A DNA stretch of 36,998 nucleotides from Nitrospiraceae bacterium (lineage in GTDB: Bacteria; Nitrospirota; Nitrospiria; Nitrospirales; Nitrospiraceae): NCBI GenBank assembly GCA_046715215.1, contig JBKJZK010000047.1:1-36998 (forward strand), given 5' to 3'. Numbering within the stretch: position 1 is the first letter of the stretch; each line of letters opens with the position of its first letter. The notes under the pieces are model-generated. The model worked only from the letters and a program-made list of their open reading frames with translations, was not told the DNA's origin and made no database searches. The position numbers and the translations under genes are program-made. Positions 17,237-25,333 of the stretch are shown here, piece after piece.

Positions 17237-18445
17237 CTAATCACGGTGTATCTCCACATTCATCGTTAGCGCGACGCGCTGAAATAAGGAATAAAAACGG
17301 CTTGCCCTGATGCGGGGCATCAGGCTCACTTTTAGATAGTGCAATAACCGGGGCTTGGGACGCTTGGGGAAGGCGAACAACCAGGAATGCCGGCGCAGAT
17401 CAGTGGACCAATACAGCTTCCATCGTTCCGCATTGCCGAGGAAGTCGACTTCGTCGAACTTGAGACGCCAGGCTTCATCGAGCATCATGTGAGACAGCAC
17501 ATGCCCCGGCGAAGAGGCGGCATACTGGGGATCGTATCCCGATTTCAACATATAGATTCTGTTCCGAAAGAGCAGCGCGATGCGGACGGCAATCCGCTTG
17601 GCGCCCAGCGTCAAAAAATATATCCGCAGCCATCCCCGCTCCCCCGCTGTGTGCAGTATTTGCCGAAAAAATGCTCGGCTGTCCGACCGGCTTCGAATCG
17701 CGGTGCCGCCTTCGTCTTTCCAGGTCACGGCTTCCAGGGTCAACGCCTCTTCGAGATCACTATCGAGCCGGTCGTTGGAGGCCACGACATCCAATCCAAC
17801 CGGCGCCGTAGCCTCTAGATGTCGATGAGATCTCCGTATGTTGGCGCGGTGCCCTTTCTTGAGACTTTTGAAATAGGTCTCCCATGGTTGCCGAACGGTG
17901 ATATACGGCGATTCCATGGACATCCATTCGGCCAGGAGCAACCGGCCCTCAATCTCCGATCTCGGAAGACAGCCCATGGCCCGGCTGCCCGCCGGTAGCT
18001 CCCGCAATTCGAGTACATCCCATTCACGGGAATGATCGGCCAGATAGCTCCAAATGGCGGCGCAACACTCCTCTGGATGGACCGAGAGAATAAAATCGAA
18101 CCGCTCGGTAAATACACTGGCGATCCCCCGCAGGCGCCGCACGGGAATCCCGTACATCCGGACTCTATCCCGCATCAGCGGCGCGATGGCGATCGGACGT
18201 CCGCCCTCCTGCACCATGAGAATATTGAGCGTCCCACCGTGATCGAAACAGTCCCAGACGGCGCGCACCCATTCGTGCCGCACGAAAGGAAATTCAATGC
18301 CCGCTTCCTCCACCAATCGATTCCACACCGGCTCAAGCTCGATAAAGGCCCGATAGTCCGTGACCACCTCGACAGACAACGGCCCGGCCGGCTGGCGCAG
18401 AGGGTCGGGAATTTCCGTAACCGAGACGGCGGAGCTACGCCGCAC
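17237..18445 (-). CDS. FemAB/CelD(BcsL)-like GNAT-fold acyltransferase, paralogue 2
   Basis: DYRAFIELEPVWNRLVEEAGIEFPFVRHEWVRAVWDCF...KSGYDPQYAASSPGHVL...FDEVDFLGN, colinear with 13817-15055. GTG start at 18445 overlaps the upstream stop by 11 nt. Confidence 0.8.
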   Translation of the reverse strand: MRRSSAVSVTEIPDPLRQPAGPLSVEVVTDYRAFIELEPVWNRLVEEAGIEFPFVRHEWVRAVWDCFDHGGTLNILMVQEGGRPIAIAPLMRDRVRMYGIPVRRLRGIASVFTERFDFILSVHPEECCAAIWSYLADHSREWDVLELRELPAGSRAMGCLPRSEIEGRLLLAEWMSMESPYITVRQPWETYFKSLKKGHRANIRRSHRHLEATAPVGLDVVASNDRLDSDLEEALTLEAVTWKDEGGTAIRSRSDSRAFFRQILHTAGERGWLRIYFLTLGAKRIAVRIALLFRNRIYMLKSGYDPQYAASSPGHVLSHMMLDEAWRLKFDEVDFLGNAERWKLYWSTDLRRHSWLFAFPKRPKPRLLHYLKVSLMPRIRASRFYSLFQRVALTMNVEIHRD

Positions 18446-19550
18446 GACGGATGCCCTCCGTTCTCTCGATGTGGCTCCGTCGCATCATGTCGTCGTACAA
18501 CGTCAACCATTGGCTGCGCACCCGGCTCCAGGAATACCGATCCAGCCCCTCGTAGGCGTGGGACGCCATCAACCGCGCGCGGTCCGGCTGTTCCAGCAAA
18601 AGCGCGGCGGCGGCGGCCATCGCAGCGGGGTCTCTCTCCGGCACGATCGTCCCGCTTACGCCGTCTTCAAGCATATTGGCGATGTCGCCAACGCCGGTGC
18701 TGACGATCGGCAGACCGGATGCGACGGCCTCGAGAATAGAAAGCGGTTGATTGTCGATGAGCGAGGAATTCAGGAAAATGTCGGCGCTGTCGTGGACCGA
18801 CGGCATCTCGGCAGGCTCGATCGCTCCCAGGAACCGTATTCCACTCATCCCCAGCGATCGAGACAATCGCTTGAGGTCCGTTTCTTGGCTCCCCGCGCCG
18901 ACGATCGAAAGCGTCGCATCGGGATACCTCGTCCTGAGAAGGGCAAAGGCGAGGATCGTCTGTTCCACCCCGTAGTACCATTCGAAATTTCGTATCGAGA
19001 GGAACCTGGGGCGTAGCGGCGCCCGCACGCGATACCGAAACCGCTCGGTATCGATCGTATTATGGATGACGCGGGCTCGGTATCCATAGGCGGCAAATAC
19101 TCGACGCAGATACTCCGACGGAACCACGATTTCATCCACGAGCTTCAGCCAGGGATGGATGAGCCTCCCCCAATGAGCCAGATGATCCTCCGCTTCGCCA
19201 CTGTGGTAATTGAGCACGATCGGCTTGCGGAGCATTCGACCGGATAGGAGGGCCGGGAGCGGCGCGAGGAGAAACGACCAGTACGAGGCCGAGGAGGCAT
19301 GGACGATGTCGGAGCGGCGCAGCCGAATCAACCCGGGAAGATACAGGCACTGATTGACCACGGTCCGAACGTACGGCAACCGCCTCAGCCACTTCAACCG
19401 GCGCGGAAACGCGGGGTCGATGGGAATGAGTTGCACGTCGTACCCCTCCGCCCTGAGTTGTTCGGCCAGCGTCGACGCGTGCAACGCTTGGCCGCCGAAT
19501 GTTCTTCCACTGGGTGCGATGAGCGCAATCTTGGGTCGGGCGAGTGTCAT
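18435..19550 (-). CDS. Family 4 (GT-B) glycosyltransferase, paralogue of 10661-11734
   Basis: MTLARPKIALIAPSG...; ADIFLNSSLIDNQPLSILEAVASGLPIVSTGVGDIANMLEDGVSG. RBS GAGGAC upstream. ATGA overlap with the flippase stop at 19547-19550. Confidence 0.9.
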   Translation of the reverse strand: MTLARPKIALIAPSGRTFGGQALHASTLAEQLRAEGYDVQLIPIDPAFPRRLKWLRRLPYVRTVVNQCLYLPGLIRLRRSDIVHASSASYWSFLLAPLPALLSGRMLRKPIVLNYHSGEAEDHLAHWGRLIHPWLKLVDEIVVPSEYLRRVFAAYGYRARVIHNTIDTERFRYRVRAPLRPRFLSIRNFEWYYGVEQTILAFALLRTRYPDATLSIVGAGSQETDLKRLSRSLGMSGIRFLGAIEPAEMPSVHDSADIFLNSSLIDNQPLSILEAVASGLPIVSTGVGDIANMLEDGVSGTIVPERDPAAMAAAAALLLEQPDRARLMASHAYEGLDRYSWSRVRSQWLTLYDDMMRRSHIERTEGIRRAA

Positions 19551-21019
19551 GGATCAGTCCTCGGCATAGAAGAAAGCCGTCGAGACATCCAACCTACTAA
19601 GACCTCCCGTTCGCTTTTTCGAATCAACCCGACGGTCCAGGCCAACGGAATGTAGCTTCCGCCGTAGATCACACTAATGACGACCAAGCGGACAAACGGA
19701 GACGCCGGCCACTGCAACGCAACCCACAGCGCCGGCAGGGACGCGGCGATCGTCACCGCGCCGATCCCTCTCAGCTCACGCCAGGGAAGAAGACGTCCGA
19801 TGCCGGCGTGCCAGCAGGTCATCATCCTCGCCAGCCCCATCGCTTTGCCGACCGCCAGTGCCAGCACGGTGATGAGCACGGCGCCGACCAATCCCATCCC
19901 GGTCACGAACCAGTACATCCCCCCGGCCACGATGGCCAGCCGCGCGATGTTGATGGCCAGCAGAAACCGCATCTGAGCGTACACGCGCAGCAACCCGTCC
20001 ACGGGGATCGTCGCGAAGAGAATCGCGATCGACCACACCATGAAGACCGGCACGCTGGCCGCATAGGTCTCGGTGAAGAGAAAGACGATCAGATCCTGCG
20101 CCACAATGAGCAACAGCGCCACGAGAGGAAAAAACACCAGGGCCAACTTCCGCACGGTGTCGTGCCACATGGCGATGACAGCAGTATCGCGCCCGTCTCG
20201 TATGGCCTGCATCATGCCGACCATCATGACGTTGACGACCGATGTGCTGACGACTTCCACCAGCGGGACCTGGAGACATCCGACCGAATACACCGCGAAC
20301 GTGGCTGCATCGAAGAGAGAAGACACCACGTACTGGTGCAACGTTTCCTGCCCCGTTTGAAACAACACGTAAAACGCGAACGGCAAACTGTAGGCGGCCT
20401 GCCGAAGCAACAAAGGCCAGTTCGGGCGCAGAGCGGCGCCGAATTGCTTCCTGCAATACCAGAGGGTCGTTCCGAGACGGATCACCGCGAAGACGATGGC
20501 GCCGTACAAAATACTGGCCAATGTCTGAAACAGAAGCACGGGGGCGGCGATCAGCACCGCGCGAGCGGTATCGGACAGGCCGTAGGACGCGGCGGCCGTG
20601 CCGTATCGATGACGGGCCGTCATCACGATCTCCAGCACGTAGGACGCGAGCATGAAGAGGAAAAACACCGCGATCAGCGGCATGAGGGGAGCCAGTGCGG
20701 GATTGTTCATCCATCCGGCAATGGCATCTCCCCCGGCAAAGAGCAGTGCCGCGCCGAGTAGGCCGATGCCCCCCAGAACCAAGATCGAATTACAGACATA
20801 CCGGCCTCCGTCTTCGCCTGCGCCTGGGAGAAAATAGAACAGACTCTCGGACATGCCCACCTGTGCGAGATTTAATATGGTCCCGTAGAGCAAGAACACC
20901 TGCTTGTATGTCCCGAACTCCTCTTGCCCGAACATCCGCACAAGAATGAGAGGCAAGAGGAATAAGACGACATACCCGAGCGTCCTTCCAGCCATGATGG
21001 TCAGTGCGGGTTTAAACAT
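19547..21019 (-). CDS. Polysaccharide biosynthesis protein / oligosaccharide flippase (MOP superfamily, Wzx-like)
   Basis: Polytopic membrane protein with about a dozen hydrophobic helices. I chose the ATG at 21019 (MFKPALTIMAGRTLGYV), which overlaps the deacetylase stop by 8 nt. The ORF extension to 21166 would lie inside the deacetylase gene. Confidence 0.85.
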   Translation of the reverse strand: MFKPALTIMAGRTLGYVVLFLLPLILVRMFGQEEFGTYKQVFLLYGTILNLAQVGMSESLFYFLPGAGEDGGRYVCNSILVLGGIGLLGAALLFAGGDAIAGWMNNPALAPLMPLIAVFFLFMLASYVLEIVMTARHRYGTAAASYGLSDTARAVLIAAPVLLFQTLASILYGAIVFAVIRLGTTLWYCRKQFGAALRPNWPLLLRQAAYSLPFAFYVLFQTGQETLHQYVVSSLFDAATFAVYSVGCLQVPLVEVVSTSVVNVMMVGMMQAIRDGRDTAVIAMWHDTVRKLALVFFPLVALLLIVAQDLIVFLFTETYAASVPVFMVWSIAILFATIPVDGLLRVYAQMRFLLAINIARLAIVAGGMYWFVTGMGLVGAVLITVLALAVGKAMGLARMMTCWHAGIGRLLPWRELRGIGAVTIAASLPALWVALQWPASPFVRLVVISVIYGGSYIPLAWTVGLIRKSEREVLVGWMSRRLSSMPRTDP

Positions 21020-22193
21020 GCTGCCTATCCTGGGCTTCGCGTTGCTGTCGGGACGCGATCGGCGCGCCCGCCCCGACGAGCGGCTCGACTTTACGTCCCG
21101 GTGCAGCGTCTCTTCCGTTATGATTGTGCGCACAGGGAGACCAGAAGTCATACAGACGGTTCGCATGGCAACTCATGAGGGCCGGTGAAAATTTTCCGGC
21201 CGAATCCGCGCATGATCGTTCCCACAGCAATGTGCGGGGAATCGTCAGGAAGGGATGCCTCGGATCGCGGCGGAGACAGGTTCCGTAACCAAAGCGATAG
21301 CCCGCATCGGCGACCGCCGACACCACGGCAGTGTTGAAGCGCCCATCCGGATACGCAAAGTGCTCGACCGGCCGTTTCAGCTTGTCCCTGAGCGTCAACA
21401 TCGATCCCACCGTCTGGTCGGCCACCTGCTCGACACTTTCCTCAGTAAGGAGCGCATGCGTCTGCGTATGAGATCCGATCGTCATGCCGGAATCGGCCAT
21501 GGACCGCACCATCTCCCAGTCCAATGACTGCATTTCAGGATAGGCGTCGTCGTCGATGCGGCACACCGTTTCCAGCGCTTCAATCACACGCCGCAACTTG
21601 TTCTGGGTGAGGGTGGTGAACAGCCACCGCATTGTGCGGAAGGCGTCGTCGAGCCGTCTGCCGCCGTTACCGGCGTCGAGATGGACGTCCTTCGCGTCGA
21701 GCAAGCGTCGAAATCGCTCTTCGGAATGGCCGAGGACAGGAAGGACTTTTTCAAGAAGCAAATACGTCTTGTCATACAGTTGAAGCTCCAGACGTCCTGT
21801 GGCTTCAGTTACAATAAAGATGCCTGCGGGAATTCCTTTTCGCTTCAACACAGGCAAAGCATGGTGATACACCCCGGCATAACCGTCGTCGAAGGTGACG
21901 GCCGCCGAGGGCTGCGCGAACGGCTCCCCCCTCTCCAACTGAGCGCCAAGTTCGTCCAAGGCGATGAAGCGGTACCGACGCCCGATCCACTCCAACTGAC
22001 GCTCCAGCATGGCGAGGCTGATCAGGTTCGGAAGAATCGCCCGTCCGACGTGAGCACGGACGTCTTCCACGACCGCGTGATAGCCGAGGACCAGCGGCAG
22101 CGCCTTGGTCCCCGTCCATGACGCGACGGCGCGATCGGCGCCCGTCCATCCCAGCGCTGCGGCTACCCCGGTCTTGACGAGAGTTTTGAGCAT
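21012..22193 (-). CDS. Polysaccharide deacetylase (CE4 / NodB homology domain)
   Basis: AAVTFDDGYAGVYHHALPVLKRKGIPAGIFI (TFDDG Asp-Asp motif) and MTIGSHTQTHALLT (His-His metal motif). Confidence 0.9.
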   Translation of the reverse strand: MLKTLVKTGVAAALGWTGADRAVASWTGTKALPLVLGYHAVVEDVRAHVGRAILPNLISLAMLERQLEWIGRRYRFIALDELGAQLERGEPFAQPSAAVTFDDGYAGVYHHALPVLKRKGIPAGIFIVTEATGRLELQLYDKTYLLLEKVLPVLGHSEERFRRLLDAKDVHLDAGNGGRRLDDAFRTMRWLFTTLTQNKLRRVIEALETVCRIDDDAYPEMQSLDWEMVRSMADSGMTIGSHTQTHALLTEESVEQVADQTVGSMLTLRDKLKRPVEHFAYPDGRFNTAVVSAVADAGYRFGYGTCLRRDPRHPFLTIPRTLLWERSCADSAGKFSPALMSCHANRLYDFWSPCAHNHNGRDAAPGRKVEPLVGAGAPIASRQQREAQDRQHV

Positions 22194-22224
22194 GATCGGA
22201 GACGTGATAAGGGATGGGTTGATC

Positions 22225-22399
22225 GTGAAGCGTATCTCAAAGGACTATTGACGATTGATCCATTGGACCATTGGACCATTGACTGAAGAATTGAAGATGT
22301 GTGCATTGAAACATTCTCTCATTGGAAGGCTCCGCAAATCGTCAATGACGCAAATGAATAAATCGTCAATTCCGCAGACAATGAATCAATGCATGCACC
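22225..22399. repeat. ~175-bp intergenic element, copy A (second copy at 36177-36331)
   Basis: Shares colinear blocks with copy B: gtgaagcgtatctca, ccattgactgaagaattg, cattggaaggctccgcaa, tcgtcaatgac, aatgaata, atcgtcaattcc, aatgaatcaat.catgcacc. Copy A also has the octamer CATTGGAC x3 (22261-22283). It fills the gap between stop 22410 and start 22193. Confidence 0.85.
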
Positions 22400-22409
22400 A
22401 GCGATGTGG

Positions 22410-24050
22410 CTACGTTCCGCCGCGTCTCCAAGCAATGGCCCGATCCAACATGGCTTGTGGAAGCAGTCGGCGGGCGGCCGACTTGGCTCGGTCATCGAGT
22501 GCCACCGCCCCGCGGCAGAGGACGCCTCCGGCCGAGGGAGGGAACAGCTGCAGCCTGACCAGCTCATGCGATGCGCTCGCCCACAGCGATTTGTACGTCT
22601 CGGTCCCATGCAGGAGGTCATAGTCCTCGACCCCTTCCGTCACCGCTTGCTTGATCGCCAACCCCATCGTCACGAGGCCGACGCTGTGCTGCCGATAGGC
22701 AGGATCGAATCCCGACTGATAAAAATAGAAGCGGCGTCCGTAGAGAAATCCGTACAGCGCGCCAAGGGGACGGCCGTCCAGCCGCAGGATGAACAAGCGA
22801 AGCCAGCCGCGCTCCAGCGCCGTGCGGCTGAACGAGTCATGAAACGCCTGCATCGCCGGGGACCGCAACGTCTGGGAACCTCCCCGCTCGTCCCATCGAA
22901 GATTGTGGAGGTCGATCAAATTCTGCAGCGCCTCCCGCCGCTGGTCCTCCTTCTCCACGACGTCGAAGGTCAGCGTGCCGAGCTTATGAAGATTTTTTAG
23001 CCGTCGATTGAAATTGTATCGATGCTGCGGTCCCAAGGTCGCGAGGTACGACTCCCAGGTGTGGCCCTTCAAGGGAATGTGGGGACAGACATCGATCGCA
23101 CTGCGCTGCACGGTCCACCCGGACTGCTCGAGTTCCTGCACCAAACCGGTAGCCAGCGCGCCTTTCGCATGGAGATGACTCAGCGTCATCACCGGTCGCC
23201 GGCCGTTAAAAAACTCCGCCAGACTTCGGGATACTTGTGGCTCATGCCCGCGCCGGATCATGACGTCCAAATAGTCAGACCCGACAAGGCCGGTCCCGAG
23301 AAACTGCAGGGATCGGCGGGGCATGAAGCCACCGAACCGGTGGCGCTCGCTGAAGAGCGGCGCCAGTCCGAGCAGCCGACTGTGGCGCCGGACAGTCGCG
23401 AGGGCGAGCGTTCGTCCGGTGGAAAAATGCCGCCACCAGGTCTCGAGCCACTCTCTTGTGAGAAACAGGCAATCGGCATCGCTGTCGCTCAGGAGTTCGG
23501 TCCATTCTTCCGCCAGATGCGGAAGCCGGCCTGGGTCTTCGATCAAGGTCACCAAGAGATTATCCGTCGACCGATAGGACAGCGCATCCGCTTCCTCGGG
23601 AGGTTGCAGGCAACTGTAATCCGCGATATCGATGTCTTTTCGAACCACCCTCGCCGGAATGCCCGCGACGACCGTTCTCGGCGGCACATCCTCCAGCACG
23701 ACGGCGTTCGCCCCGATCACCGATTCGGCGCCGACGGAAATGGGCCCGAGCACCTTGGCGCCTGCCCCGATGACACAACGGTCTTCGATCACCGGCACTC
23801 CCCAGCGGCGAGACCGCCCGCCGACCGTCACTTGATGGCCGACCGTGACGAGCTTGCCGATTTTGCACCGCTCGTGCAGCACGACTCCCATGCCGCCATA
23901 CGCGAACTCCGTTCCCTCGCCGATCTCCGTGGACATCGGAACAGCCGCATTGTAGAGCACGCGAATGGCTTGATACATCAACGTGGGAATCATTGGAATG
24001 CGGCGTCGATAGCACCAATGACCGACTCGATAGAAGGACAGAGCATTCAT
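22410..24050 (-). CDS. Fusion protein: N-terminal hexapeptide-repeat (LbH) serine-O-acetyltransferase-like domain + C-terminal FemAB/CelD-like GNAT-fold domain (paralogue 3)
   Basis: N-terminus FYRVGHWCYRRRIPMIPTLMYQAIRVLYNAAVP..IGEGTEFAYGGMGVVLHERCKIGKLVTVGHQVTVGG...VIGAGAKVLGPISVGAESVIGANAVV has a CysE/EpsC-like layout. From ~residue 170, LAEEWTELL..FLTREWLETWWRHF...QSGFDPAYRQHSVGLV...YDLLHG matches the two stand-alone paralogues. ATGA overlap with the upstream GT4 stop. Confidence 0.85.
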   Translation of the reverse strand: MNALSFYRVGHWCYRRRIPMIPTLMYQAIRVLYNAAVPMSTEIGEGTEFAYGGMGVVLHERCKIGKLVTVGHQVTVGGRSRRWGVPVIEDRCVIGAGAKVLGPISVGAESVIGANAVVLEDVPPRTVVAGIPARVVRKDIDIADYSCLQPPEEADALSYRSTDNLLVTLIEDPGRLPHLAEEWTELLSDSDADCLFLTREWLETWWRHFSTGRTLALATVRRHSRLLGLAPLFSERHRFGGFMPRRSLQFLGTGLVGSDYLDVMIRRGHEPQVSRSLAEFFNGRRPVMTLSHLHAKGALATGLVQELEQSGWTVQRSAIDVCPHIPLKGHTWESYLATLGPQHRYNFNRRLKNLHKLGTLTFDVVEKEDQRREALQNLIDLHNLRWDERGGSQTLRSPAMQAFHDSFSRTALERGWLRLFILRLDGRPLGALYGFLYGRRFYFYQSGFDPAYRQHSVGLVTMGLAIKQAVTEGVEDYDLLHGTETYKSLWASASHELVRLQLFPPSAGGVLCRGAVALDDRAKSAARRLLPQAMLDRAIAWRRGGT

Positions 24051-25333
24051 GCGCGTGCACCCCCGCCTCGCCAGGACCGCTTCGATCGGGAGCGGCGGAG
24101 GAGATCACGATACAGCCGCTCGGTCGTCGCGACGGCCTGCTCGAGGGAGTAGTGGGTAAACACCCGCCGCCTTCCCGCTTGACCTAAGTTCCCGGCCAGC
24201 GCCCTGTTCTCCAACAATCGACAAATCGCCCCGGCCAACGCCTCCGCATCGGCGGGCGGGACCAGTAACCCGTTCACACCGTCTTCGACGATCTCAGGAC
24301 TCCCGCCGACTTGAGTCGCCACAACCGGGATCCCTGCCGCCATCGATTCCAGGAGTGAATTCGAGAGTCCTTCCAACCCGAGCGAGGGGAGCACCGATAC
24401 CGACATCGCCGCCAGCAACTCCGGTATATCCAGCCGAAAGCCGGTAAAGTGCACTCGATCCTGTAACCCCAGCCTGATCGCCAGCCGCTTGAGCTCCTCC
24501 CGATAGGCATGGTCAATGTTGTTATCACCCACGATGACGAATCGAACCTGCGGAATCCTGGCCGCCACTAAAGCGGCGGCCTGAAGAAAATACTCATGGC
24601 CCTTGATGCGCATCAGCCGCGACAAGACGCCGACCACCGGCGCTCCCGGCGGGATGTTCAACTCCCGGCACACAATCTCGCCGGTGACCGGAGCGCGGAA
24701 CCGCTCACAGTCGATGCCGTTGGGAATCACGGTCAGACGGTCCAAGCCGTAACCTCGCTGTTGCAAATCCCGCTTGATCGCTTCGGCATTCACAATCACG
24801 TGATCGGCCAGGGGGAGGCATAGCTTTTGGACGGCATGCTGCCAGGGAGTCCAGGTGTCGCCGATATCCCGGACAGAGCCGATAATGACCGGTACGCCGG
24901 CGAAGCGCGCCGCCGGAATCGCAAACACATTCGGATAGAAACCGTAGGTATGAAGAATCTGAATGCCTTGCCGGCGCAGGTTTCTCCCAAACTCTATCTG
25001 CTTCTTCAAAGCCGTGTAGCCGTAGAGGCGGCTGATTTTATATTCCGAGATCGACCAGGACCGTGCCTCGCATTCGGCCAACAATTCCCCGACCCGGTGC
25101 AAACATGCGAACTGCACGTCAACGCGAGCCGGATCCAACCCCTTGCCGATGTTGACGACTTGCCGCTCCGTCCCTCCGATGGCGAAGAGGGTGACGAACT
25201 TCATGAGCCGAATACGTTCCAAGTCCGTGCGCACAGCAGACTTCGCGGCCGGCGGAAGAGCGTCTACGAGAGGCTCGACTGCCGGATCGGAAGGAGCCAA
25301 CGTGAGGGGATACGACTCAATCAAACCTGACAT
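24047..25333 (-). CDS. Family 4 (GT-B) glycosyltransferase
   Basis: MKFVTLFAIGGTERQVVNIGKGL... N-terminal domain; C-terminal VSVLPSLGLEGLSNSLLESMAAGIPVVATQVGGSPEIVEDGVNG. Start is ambiguous: ATG 25333 overlaps the upstream stop by 13 nt, while ATG 25204 (MKFVTLF) gives a more canonical N-terminus. Confidence 0.85.
   Translation of the reverse strand: MSGLIESYPLTLAPSDPAVEPLVDALPPAAKSAVRTDLERIRLMKFVTLFAIGGTERQVVNIGKGLDPARVDVQFACLHRVGELLAECEARSWSISEYKISRLYGYTALKKQIEFGRNLRRQGIQILHTYGFYPNVFAIPAARFAGVPVIIGSVRDIGDTWTPWQHAVQKLCLPLADHVIVNAEAIKRDLQQRGYGLDRLTVIPNGIDCERFRAPVTGEIVCRELNIPPGAPVVGVLSRLMRIKGHEYFLQAAALVAARIPQVRFVIVGDNNIDHAYREELKRLAIRLGLQDRVHFTGFRLDIPELLAAMSVSVLPSLGLEGLSNSLLESMAAGIPVVATQVGGSPEIVEDGVNGLLVPPADAEALAGAICRLLENRALAGNLGQAGRRRVFTHYSLEQAVATTERLYRDLLRRSRSKRSWRGGGARA

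Noticed and set aside
22255-22400. A small plus-strand peptide shared by the two copies of the 155-175 bp element (PLTEEL[K/Q]M..IGRLR[K/N]SSMTQ).
   Set aside because: In copy B the frame stops after MTQ, while in copy A it runs on into antisense of a real gene. Substitutions between the copies are mostly non-synonymous, and indels are not multiples of three. Conservation is better explained at the nucleotide level.
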